Source: an uncultured Dehalococcoidales bacterium (GTDB lineage Bacteria > Chloroflexota > Dehalococcoidia > GIF9 > AB-539-J10). Taken from it: DNA of 64,000 nt. Location of the stretch: assembly GCA_964638975.1 (NCBI GenBank), contig CAZXAJ010000005.1, forward strand, positions 18,213 to 82,212, given 5' to 3'. A program made the translations under genes and the position numbers. How positions within the stretch are numbered: the stretch's first letter is position 1; the number at the start of each line of letters is the position of its first letter. This document shows, piece by piece, positions 18,347 to 25,527 of the stretch. Below the pieces are notes generated by a model that searched no databases, was not told the origin of the DNA, and was given only the letters and a program-made list of their open reading frames with translations.

Positions 18347-19477
18347 ATGGCAAAGCAGATTTATACTCCAACTCCAGCAAGAATCAAGGCTATAGGAATT
18401 GGTGGTGGTGGTTCTAACGCCATTACCCGCATGGTCCGGGAGGAGATAAAGGGCGTTGACTTCATAGTCATGAATACCGATGGCCAAGCGCTGGCTTTGG
18501 CTGAAGCTCCTACTAGAATTCAGCTGGGTGAGAAATTGACCAGGGGTTTGGGCGCCGGTGGCGATCATAAGGTTGGAAGCAAAGCAGCTGAAGAGAGCCG
18601 TGACACAGTCGAAGAACTCATTCGGGGTGCTGATATGGTGTTTGTTGCCGCCGGCATGGGTGGTGGCACAGGCACTGGTGGCATTCCTGTAGTGGCTGAA
18701 GCAGCTAAGCAGAGCGGCGCACTCACTATTGCAGTGGTGACCAAGCCCTTCTCATTCGAGGGGTCGCATAGATCTCAGGTGGCTGAGGAAGGCCTTCTTG
18801 ATCTCTCGAACAAGGTCGATACGCTCATCATCATACCTAATGACCGCCTTCTTCAACTTTGTGATGCCAAGACGAGTGTGGACAACGCTTTTAGGCTGGC
18901 TGACGACGCTCTTCTTCTAGGGGTTCAAGCTATCTCCGAAGTAGTTACCATTCCAGGGCTGATCAACCTAGACTTCGCCGATATTAAATCCGTGATGAAA
19001 GATGCTGGCCCAGCCTGGATGTCTGTGGGTAAAGCTAGCGGGCAGAGTCGCGCTGCTGAAGCGGCCAAGGCAGCCTTGGCCAGTCCCTTGCTCGATGTAT
19101 CTGTTACCGGAGCATCAGGGGTACTGTTTAACATTACCGGTGGCCCCAGTCTCACCCTATTCGAGTGCAATGAGGCTGCCCAAGTAATTAGCGAAGCAGT
19201 GTCCCCCAACGCCAATATAGTCTTTGGTGTGGTGTTTGACCCCAAAATGGATAGCGAAGTTCGAATTACTGTTATCGCTACCGGCTTTGGTAAGCAATGG
19301 GGCAAGGGAATATCCAGTGCCGATGAGCTTCGTCGCCTGATAAGAGGCAGCAGCGAGGTCCTTGATGTGCCCTCTTTCTTGCGTCGCGGACAGCATTTCG
19401 CTGGTTCTCAACTTGATGGTAGCATGAAAACTCCCCAAAAGGTAAGTCCAGAGCCAGCCAAAATCTCTCGACAGTAA
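18347..19477 (+). CDS. ftsZ: Cell division GTPase FtsZ
   Basis: GIGGGGSNAI, tubulin signature GMGGGTGTGG, and the conserved C-terminal peptide LDVPSFLRR followed by a 29-aa tail. Confidence 0.95.
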   Translation: MAKQIYTPTPARIKAIGIGGGGSNAITRMVREEIKGVDFIVMNTDGQALALAEAPTRIQLGEKLTRGLGAGGDHKVGSKAAEESRDTVEELIRGADMVFVAAGMGGGTGTGGIPVVAEAAKQSGALTIAVVTKPFSFEGSHRSQVAEEGLLDLSNKVDTLIIIPNDRLLQLCDAKTSVDNAFRLADDALLLGVQAISEVVTIPGLINLDFADIKSVMKDAGPAWMSVGKASGQSRAAEAAKAALASPLLDVSVTGASGVLFNITGGPSLTLFECNEAAQVISEAVSPNANIVFGVVFDPKMDSEVRITVIATGFGKQWGKGISSADELRRLIRGSSEVLDVPSFLRRGQHFAGSQLDGSMKTPQKVSPEPAKISRQ

Positions 19478-19499
19478 ACCTGAGCCTCATTAGAGAAAA

Positions 19500-19526
19500 G
19501 GGGTAGCCCTGGGCTACCCCTTTTCT
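19500..19526 (+). terminator. Rho-independent terminator after ftsZ
   Basis: GGGGTAGCCC / GGGCTACCCC perfect inverted repeat followed by TTTTCT. Confidence 0.7.
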
Positions 19527-19559
19527 CTACCCTTAAGGTTTTGTGGAGGCTGAGATACA

Positions 19560-19883
19560 TGGTTGACACTCATGGTATGGTTAATGGTGATATTGACTTG
19601 CAGTGAGGAGTTACCAGGATGAGAAAGCCAGCCAGCTTCTATTTCTTTAAAACCAAGCCTATTACCCCGGAGAATAGATATGAGCGGTGGAGAAGGGTGG
19701 CAGAGCTTTCAGGCTTTACAACTCAAATCTATCTCTAGACTCCAGGGGCTCAATCCTGGGCTAACTGAATGGCTTATCGAATATAATTTTGGCCGTCAAT
19801 ACCAATCCTTGGGCTATCTTACGCCCAAAGAGTTTCTTGAGCGCTATAAGCAAAATGATAGAAAAGAGATTTTGTGTCACTAA
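19560..19883 (+). mobile_element. Decayed C-terminal fragment of a DDE (integrase-core) transposase, frameshifted
   Basis: One frame gives FKTKPITPENRYERWRRVAE (compare RPYTPQTNGKVERFNRTLKEE). After a frameshift, ...LTEWLIEYNFGRQYQSLGYLTPKEFLERY* (compare W..YN..RPH.SLGY.TP.EF). No N-terminal or catalytic part precedes it. Confidence 0.5.
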
Positions 19884-19900
19884 GGTAGTGGCCCCCCCCC

Positions 19901-19932
19901 TTGACAAAGGCTTATGAATGTGTTAGTATAAT
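19901..19932 (+). promoter_or_regulatory. Near-consensus sigma70 promoter with no CDS downstream
   Basis: TTGACA (19901-19906), 17-nt spacer, TAGTAT (19924-19929), overlapping TATAAT (19927-19932). It is preceded by a C9 homopolymer (19892-19900). Confidence 0.45.
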
Positions 19933-19935
19933 TTT

Positions 19936-20099
19936 GTCCCAAGTAATCAAACAGGAACTTGGCGAGTGCGGAGCCAGCTGCCAAGTAGGTGGAAACTGAA
20001 AAGTGTTGGGAGGTAAAAGGCCCAGCACAAGGTAGGTGGAAGCAGAAAGGACGGAGGGTGGAGAGCCAAAAAAAGGGAGGTTACTTGGGGCAATTTTTT
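19936..20099 (+). ncRNA. Candidate ~160-nt purine/GGA-rich small RNA (family not recognised)
   Basis: A closing helix CCCAAGTAA (19938-19946) / TTACTTGGG (20081-20089) is followed by a T6 run (20094-20099). Two internal hairpins: 19957-19963/19980-19986 and 20003-20010/20021-20028. There are 9 GGA triplets, and the motif AGGTGGAA(A/G)C occurs twice (19987, 20034). No ORF. Confidence 0.3.
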
Positions 20100-20168
20100 G
20101 TCCCAGGGCTTTTTCATTTATGCCAGCCATAAGTATCGCTATGGAAAAAGGTGCTAAGCTGGAGTTGT

Positions 20169-21623
20169 TTATTGTGGCCCCTCGCCTTTGGTTAGCTCGG
20201 GGTGTAGGATGCCAATAAAGGGTAAATTACGGTATTCCCCATTGTAATCTAGTCCATAACCCACTACAAATTCATCTGGAACTTCGAAGCCTACGTAGTC
20301 AAGATGGACATCTATCAATCGACGTGCTCTCTTATCAAGCAGGGCACAAACGCGAAGACTAGCGGGATTGTGAGCAGAGAGATGACCGAGAATGTAATTT
20401 AGTGTCATGCCAGTATCTACAATATCTTCAACCATCAGTACATGCTGTCCTGTTATGCTGCTATCGAGGTCTCTGGTTATTTTGACTACCTGGTCATCAC
20501 CACCATAGTATGAGATAGCCATAAGGTCCAGGGTGACTGGAAGGGAAAGGTGTTGCATCAAATCAGCCATAAAGCAGACGACGCCCTTCAAGATGCCTAT
20601 TAGTACTAATCGCTGGCCCTTGTAATCGGTGGAAATGCGCCTAGCTAGGGTTCTTACCCTGCGTTGAACTTGGGCGTGGCTGTACAAAACGCGATCGATT
20701 CCTGCCACTTTAGCTTCGCCTAGTGGACCATAACCATATTTGGCCAGCAGCTTGAGAAAATCATTTTTGGTCAGAAGCTTGATATTGACTTCGGGGTAAA
20801 GTTCCTTTAGCTGGCGCAACTTTCGATTCTTCTCGGTTATCAGATTTTGTTTTAATGTCGTGAGTTCGATATAAAGGTCTAACTCGGGCAAATAAAAATC
20901 AGGAGTGAACATCTCCGCTATCTTGCCACCTTCCCACCTAAGGGGAAATGAACGAGGCTCATAAAGCCACTCGATACAGTAAAAGTCCAGAAGCTTGGCA
21001 AAATCCTCCTCGCTTGGATGAGCGAAACTAGTCGACCTCAGCTTATTAGTAGATGACGGAGCCACTCGGGACAATTTCTTTCTTCGCTCGCCTGCCTTGT
21101 AGCCTTGTTCTAACAATTGTTGAAGCTCTGCCCTCTCAGAGATGACAGCGCACATATCCGCAACGCTTAGAAGGAAGCTTTTGTCGGCCTCAGAGAATTG
21201 GCGAGGCTCACGAGTATAAATTCTAATCTCCCCGTTAGCTTCTCCCTTCCCAAATATAGGAACCCCAAGTATGGAAGATATTCCCTGTGCCTGCGCAGCT
21301 TGGCGATATTGGACTCTTTTGTCCTTGGTAGCATCGACAATAGATACTACTTTGCCTTCAAGGATATCCGGAAGGCTTCTGTGGGCGGCAAGGGGGCCCT
21401 TCTTTAGATAAAGGTCACTCAAACCATACGCGCCTACAGTGATTAAATATTCCTTTTGGGGGTCGAGGGCCAAGATATGGCAACTATTTGCCTGCATTGC
21501 TTTGGCGGCGCTTTTAGCTATTGAATTACAAATCCTCCTTAAACTAAAGGCTGAATTGGCAACTTTAGTTATCCGCTTGAGAGCTGAATAATAACTATTT
21601 CTCGAGCTACCCACTTTTCCCAT
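20169..21623 (-). CDS. hpt: Three-domain fusion: GAF domain / Vsr-DUF559-like (PD-(D/E)xK-type) domain / hypoxanthine-guanine phosphoribosyltransferase
   Basis: 484 aa. Residues ~20-165 are GAF-like (CHILALDPQKEYLITVGAYGL...ILGVPIFGKGEANGEIRIYT). Residues ~195-300 read WLYEPRSFPLRWEGGKIAEMFTPDFYLPELDLYIELTT. Residues ~305-484 form an intact HPRT (VLMVEDIVDTGMTLNYI, DEFVVGYGLDYNGEYRNLPFIG). Confidence 0.8.
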   Translation of the reverse strand: MGKVGSSRNSYYSALKRITKVANSAFSLRRICNSIAKSAAKAMQANSCHILALDPQKEYLITVGAYGLSDLYLKKGPLAAHRSLPDILEGKVVSIVDATKDKRVQYRQAAQAQGISSILGVPIFGKGEANGEIRIYTREPRQFSEADKSFLLSVADMCAVISERAELQQLLEQGYKAGERRKKLSRVAPSSTNKLRSTSFAHPSEEDFAKLLDFYCIEWLYEPRSFPLRWEGGKIAEMFTPDFYLPELDLYIELTTLKQNLITEKNRKLRQLKELYPEVNIKLLTKNDFLKLLAKYGYGPLGEAKVAGIDRVLYSHAQVQRRVRTLARRISTDYKGQRLVLIGILKGVVCFMADLMQHLSLPVTLDLMAISYYGGDDQVVKITRDLDSSITGQHVLMVEDIVDTGMTLNYILGHLSAHNPASLRVCALLDKRARRLIDVHLDYVGFEVPDEFVVGYGLDYNGEYRNLPFIGILHPELTKGEGPQ

Positions 21624-21626
21624 ACC

Positions 21627-24134
21627 CTATCCGCATTTAGTGAAGCCACAGTTGAGGCAAATATTGCAGCCTTCCTGATAGATCAAAGGGCCACCGCAAT
21701 CGGGGCATTGCCCTGCCCAACTTTTAACGCTCTCAGTATTTTTAGGTTGGGACGTCTCAGGATTGCCGGCTATCTCTTCTCTAATATATTTTTCGAGCAC
21801 GCTAGCGATAGCATCGGCACAGGACAGAATAGCATGTCCCTGCTCCCAGGCAATAGAAGGGCACCTGATGCCACGCAGATGCTTTACAATAGAATCTACA
21901 TCTATTCCGGACCTTAAAGCCAACGATGTAAGGCGGCTAATGGCCTCAAGCTGCGCTGCAGCACAACCCCCAGCTTTTCCTAAGGCGGAGAAAACCTCCG
22001 ATATTCCCCAGCTATCAAAATTTACTGTCACATAGATGTAGCCACATCCCGTGTTCACCCTCTCAGTGACACCTCTAGTAACTTTAGGCCTCTTCCTAGG
22101 AGCTAGTTTACCTTCAGCCTTTTCTATCCCCTTACCCACAGTGAGAACCTGGCTTTCTCGACTCCTATCTCGGTAAATGGTTATCCCTTTCAAGCCCTCC
22201 TGATAAGCCAGCATATAAACTTTGGCTACATCCTCAGGCATCGCCTCGGAGGGAAAATTGACCGTCTTGGATACAGCGCTATCGGTAAACTTTTGAAATG
22301 CCGCTTGCATCCTAACGTGCCACTCAGGAGATATATCATGAGCGGTAACAAAGCGCCCTTTTATCTCTTCAGGAACTTCTTCTACATCTTTTAACCTCTT
22401 TCCTTCAGCTAGCTGCTTCATTAGATCAGAGGAATAGAACCCTCCTGTTTGGGCTGTCTCCTCAAAATAAGGATTTACCTCTACAAATTCCTCGCCTTCC
22501 AGGATATGGCGCACGTAGCTTAAAGCGAATAATGGTTCAATGCCACTGGAACAATTAGCGATTATGCTCAAGCTACCAGTAGGAGCAATGGTAGTCCGAG
22601 AGGCATTTCGAAAACGAGGACCATCAGGCATGTCATAAACGCTCCCCTGGAAAGCGGGAAAAACACCCCTCTCCTGGGCTAACTCTATCGAGGCTTTATC
22701 CGCCTCTTCTGATATGAAATGGGCAATTTCCTCGGCCATAGCAAGGCCTTGTTCACTATCATAAGGAATACCAAGCTGAATCAGCATGTCGGCAAAACCC
22801 ATTACCCCCAAGCCTATTTTCCTGGTAGTTTTTGTCATCTCAGCAATCTCCGGCAGGGGAAATTGGTTAACTTCGATAACGTCATCGAGAAAGCGGGCCG
22901 CTAGCTTGACTGTTTGAGACAACTTGTCATAGTCGATGTATGGTTGACCATCTTTATGCATCACCATCTTGGATAAATTTATGGAGCCTAGATTACAGGA
23001 CTCGAAGGGAAGCAGAGGTTGCTCGCCACAGGGATTGGTGCTCTCTATTTTGCCCAATTTCGGCGTGGGGTTATGCCTGTTTATCTCGTCAATAAACACA
23101 ACACCCGGGTCACCGGTGCGCCAGGCCATATCAACTATTTTGTCAAATACCTCCTTGGCGTTAGGCTTATCCGTCAGCTCTCCAGTTCGCGGGTTCACCA
23201 AATTGTAATCAGTGCCTTTTTCCACCGCTTTCATAAACTTGTCGGTCACAGCCACAGAAAGGTTAAAATTAGTAAGAACTTGGGGATCGTCCTTAGCCGT
23301 GATGAATCTCAAGATGTCGGGATGCTCAACGCTGAGTATTGCCATATTGGCTCCGCGACGCATGCCACCTTGCTTTATAACATCGGTGGTGACATCAAAG
23401 GCTCGCATGAAAGAGACAGGGCCACTAGCAACGCCACCTGTAGAACCAACTCTATCCCTTTCCGGTCTAAGCCGGGAAAAGGAAAATCCAGTGCCTCCGC
23501 CACTTTTGTGAATCAGGGCGGTGTATTTAACCGCATTAAAAATAGACTCCATAGAATCCTCAATAGGTATAACAAAGCAAGCTGATAGTTGTCCTAGCTC
23601 GCGGCCGGCGTTCATTAGTGTAGGCGAATTAGGCAGAAATTCCAGGCTTTCCATTAGCTGATAAAAGGCCTCTTCCCAGATGGAGGCGTCCGCCTCGGGA
23701 TTGTAGATAAGCTCGGCTGAGGCAATGTGCCTAGCGACACGGCGAAATAACTCTTGTGGAGTTTCAATAACCCCCCCCTCCCCATCCTTTATCAAATATC
23801 TCCTTTCCAGAACCCTCAAGGCGTTATCGCTAAGTTTAATTCCAGAAATGACTTGGCTTCTGGCTTGGGGAGAAAATTCATCTGCGGTTAGAACATCCTT
23901 GACTATTGCCCGAATTTGGGAGGGGGACATAGGCTGCTTAGTTTGCCGAGGAACGAATTCCTCCATGCCTGGGAGGGGTTGAGCCACCTCCAGGCGCTGG
24001 CTCACCTGTTCTGTAAATCTCTCCAACAATTTCCTATCACTTATACCCATGGACTCAGCAGCAGCGAAAACAGCTCGAGCTACTTTATCTCGACCAATAG
24101 TTTTCTGGTTCTCTTTCCTTCGGGTTTTGGGCAT
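21627..24134 (-). CDS. nrdJ: Class II (adenosylcobalamin-dependent) ribonucleotide reductase
   Basis: 835 aa. LSDNALRVLERRYL, ...SACFV..., NPCGEQPL, and a C-terminal Zn-ribbon CPDCGGPLIYQEGCNICLNCG. About 95 aa of unassigned N-terminal extension. Confidence 0.9.
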   Translation of the reverse strand: MPKTRRKENQKTIGRDKVARAVFAAAESMGISDRKLLERFTEQVSQRLEVAQPLPGMEEFVPRQTKQPMSPSQIRAIVKDVLTADEFSPQARSQVISGIKLSDNALRVLERRYLIKDGEGGVIETPQELFRRVARHIASAELIYNPEADASIWEEAFYQLMESLEFLPNSPTLMNAGRELGQLSACFVIPIEDSMESIFNAVKYTALIHKSGGGTGFSFSRLRPERDRVGSTGGVASGPVSFMRAFDVTTDVIKQGGMRRGANMAILSVEHPDILRFITAKDDPQVLTNFNLSVAVTDKFMKAVEKGTDYNLVNPRTGELTDKPNAKEVFDKIVDMAWRTGDPGVVFIDEINRHNPTPKLGKIESTNPCGEQPLLPFESCNLGSINLSKMVMHKDGQPYIDYDKLSQTVKLAARFLDDVIEVNQFPLPEIAEMTKTTRKIGLGVMGFADMLIQLGIPYDSEQGLAMAEEIAHFISEEADKASIELAQERGVFPAFQGSVYDMPDGPRFRNASRTTIAPTGSLSIIANCSSGIEPLFALSYVRHILEGEEFVEVNPYFEETAQTGGFYSSDLMKQLAEGKRLKDVEEVPEEIKGRFVTAHDISPEWHVRMQAAFQKFTDSAVSKTVNFPSEAMPEDVAKVYMLAYQEGLKGITIYRDRSRESQVLTVGKGIEKAEGKLAPRKRPKVTRGVTERVNTGCGYIYVTVNFDSWGISEVFSALGKAGGCAAAQLEAISRLTSLALRSGIDVDSIVKHLRGIRCPSIAWEQGHAILSCADAIASVLEKYIREEIAGNPETSQPKNTESVKSWAGQCPDCGGPLIYQEGCNICLNCGFTKCG

Positions 24135-24136
24135 TT

Positions 24137-24661
24137 CTATCTTACCTTACGACCAATTAGAGAATTCACCGCCTCAGAAGAGAGCAGCGGTAACTGGTTT
24201 ACTGGAGTTAGCTCTCTTCGTGCCGCCAAGCTATCCACTTCTTGTTTCAAATCGCCAATGTCAGCGAATTCTCGGTAAACACTGGCGAAGCGAATGTAAG
24301 CAATATGGTCTAGTTTCTTTAATCCCTCCATGACCAAATCACCAATATAAGAGCTGGTGATCTCGTTTTTGCCCACCTTGTAAAGCTCAGCCTCGATGCT
24401 ATCCATAAATTTGTCAATGGCGCCTGTAGGAAGGGGGCGTTTCTCACAAGCTTTGCGAATACCCGAGGAGAGTTTATCCCGGCTGAATTCCTCACGTCGC
24501 CCATCCTTCTTAATAACGAAGATATCGTGTGGCTGTATACGCTCATAAGTAGTAAAGCGAGCACCACACGAGAAGCATTTTCTTCGCCGCCTCACCACTT
24601 TGTCTAAACTCCGAGAGTCTATTACTCTTGATTCTTGCCCACCACAGTAAGGACAGTTCAC
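24137..24661 (-). CDS. nrdR: Transcriptional repressor NrdR (Zn-ribbon + ATP-cone)
   Basis: GTG start behind a GGGGGA Shine-Dalgarno. MNCPYCGGQESRVIDSR...RRRRKCFSCGARFTTYE, then an ATP-cone. Its stop lies 2 nt before the nrdJ start. Confidence 0.9.
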   Translation of the reverse strand: MNCPYCGGQESRVIDSRSLDKVVRRRRKCFSCGARFTTYERIQPHDIFVIKKDGRREEFSRDKLSSGIRKACEKRPLPTGAIDKFMDSIEAELYKVGKNEITSSYIGDLVMEGLKKLDHIAYIRFASVYREFADIGDLKQEVDSLAARRELTPVNQLPLLSSEAVNSLIGRKVR

Positions 24662-24692
24662 AGATTCCCCCTAAGGATTGTGGTTTTTAAGC

Positions 24693-24722
24693 ATTATACC
24701 ACTAAATATAGTAAAATGTAAA
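24693..24722 (-). promoter_or_regulatory. nrdR-nrdJ promoter with an embedded NrdR-box candidate
   Basis: Minus strand: TTTACA (24717-24722), 18-nt spacer, TGgTATAAT (extended -10, TATAAT at 24693-24698). The spacer contains ttACTATATTTAGTgg (24699-14714 region, exact span 24699-24714), matching 12/16 positions of the remembered NrdR-box palindrome acaCwAtATaTwGtgt. Confidence 0.45.
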
Positions 24723-24862
24723 GTCCGCGATTTGAATTATCTAAAATCTAACCCGAGGGAAATCGTTAAATCAAAAAAATTTAACGGAAGATATTTAAGA
24801 TGTGGCTTGGTTATTACTACTCTAAAGGAGGTTAAACCGGGCTGTGGATAGGATGTGCTTTA

Positions 24863-25235
24863 ATGAATGAATATCCAAAGGTGTTGAGGGAAAGGTACTT
24901 AAAAGCCAGAAACAAGAAGGCGAAATCTCATGTCCTTGATTAATATTGTCTGAATACCAGTCAAGCAAGAAAGCATGTCTTTCGAAAAATCCAGCTCGGG
25001 ATAGATCTGAGACCAAAGCAGAGGAAGAAGCGGAAGGGAATTTATGATGTCGAAGTCAGGGCAGCTCTGGCTAAGGTCTGAGAACTCTTCGATCACCTTA
25101 CCTTTGTGAGGAGAGAGACTCAAGCCTCTTTGGGACGGATGAATAAATAGATTAAGGGAGCTTGTAGAGATTGAGATATCGGACGAGGTGAGCTTGAAAT
25201 TGAAGATGGGGACCAGGAAAGTCGACCAAATTTAA
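24863..25235 (+). mobile_element. Decayed N-terminal fragment of a transposase (in-frame stops and a frameshift)
   Basis: MNEYPKVLRERYLKARNKKAKSHVLD*YCLNTSQARKHVFRKIQLGIDLRPKQRKKRKGIYDVEVRAALAKV*ELFD, then after a frameshift GERLKPLWDG*INRLRELVEIEISDEVSLKLKMGTRKVDQI*. This is the typical HTH N-terminus of an integrase-core transposase family. No catalytic domain follows. Confidence 0.5.
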
Positions 25236-25345
25236 AAAAGTAGAAGCAATGGCTTTCTTTACAAACCGGGATATTACTCCGAATTCGGAGGTTTGAGGAA
25301 AAATTGCCCCAAAAGGAAAGCCTTAATCCACCTCAAACTTATGGA

Positions 25346-25438
25346 ATGCTGCCCCAAACCAATTGTAAGCTTTGCGGTTACATGACCTGTTATGCCTTTC
25401 TCTGGTTGCATATTAGGCGGCTTAAATGGCGGACTTGA
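25346..25438 (+). pseudogene. Relic of an N-terminal 4Fe-4S 'FeS' domain (RnfB/AcsC-type)
   Basis: MLPQTNCKLCGYMTCYAF... matches the LP.TNC..CG..(T/G)C.A(F/Y)A start of that domain, then degenerates and stops after 30 codons. Confidence 0.3.
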
Positions 25439-25463
25439 CAAACTCCTTCGGCGATTAAATAAT
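25435..25463 (+). promoter_or_regulatory. Promoter candidate for the CoA-transferase gene
   Basis: TTGACA (25435-25440), 17-nt spacer, AATAAT (25458-25463). Confidence 0.35.
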
Positions 25464-25527
25464 AAGGGGTTGCGGTGTTGGGAAGTTGTCAGGGTATGTA
25501 TTAATAAGAGAAAGGAGCTAGTTAACA

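Noticed and set aside
19985-20066. Possible degenerate CRISPR array, suggested by the repeated GTAGGTGGAA(A/G)C ending in GAAAC-like sequence
   Set aside because: The repeat unit is only ~12 nt, there are two good copies at 47-nt spacing plus one poor copy, and no cas genes are present. This does not fit CRISPR repeat-spacer geometry.
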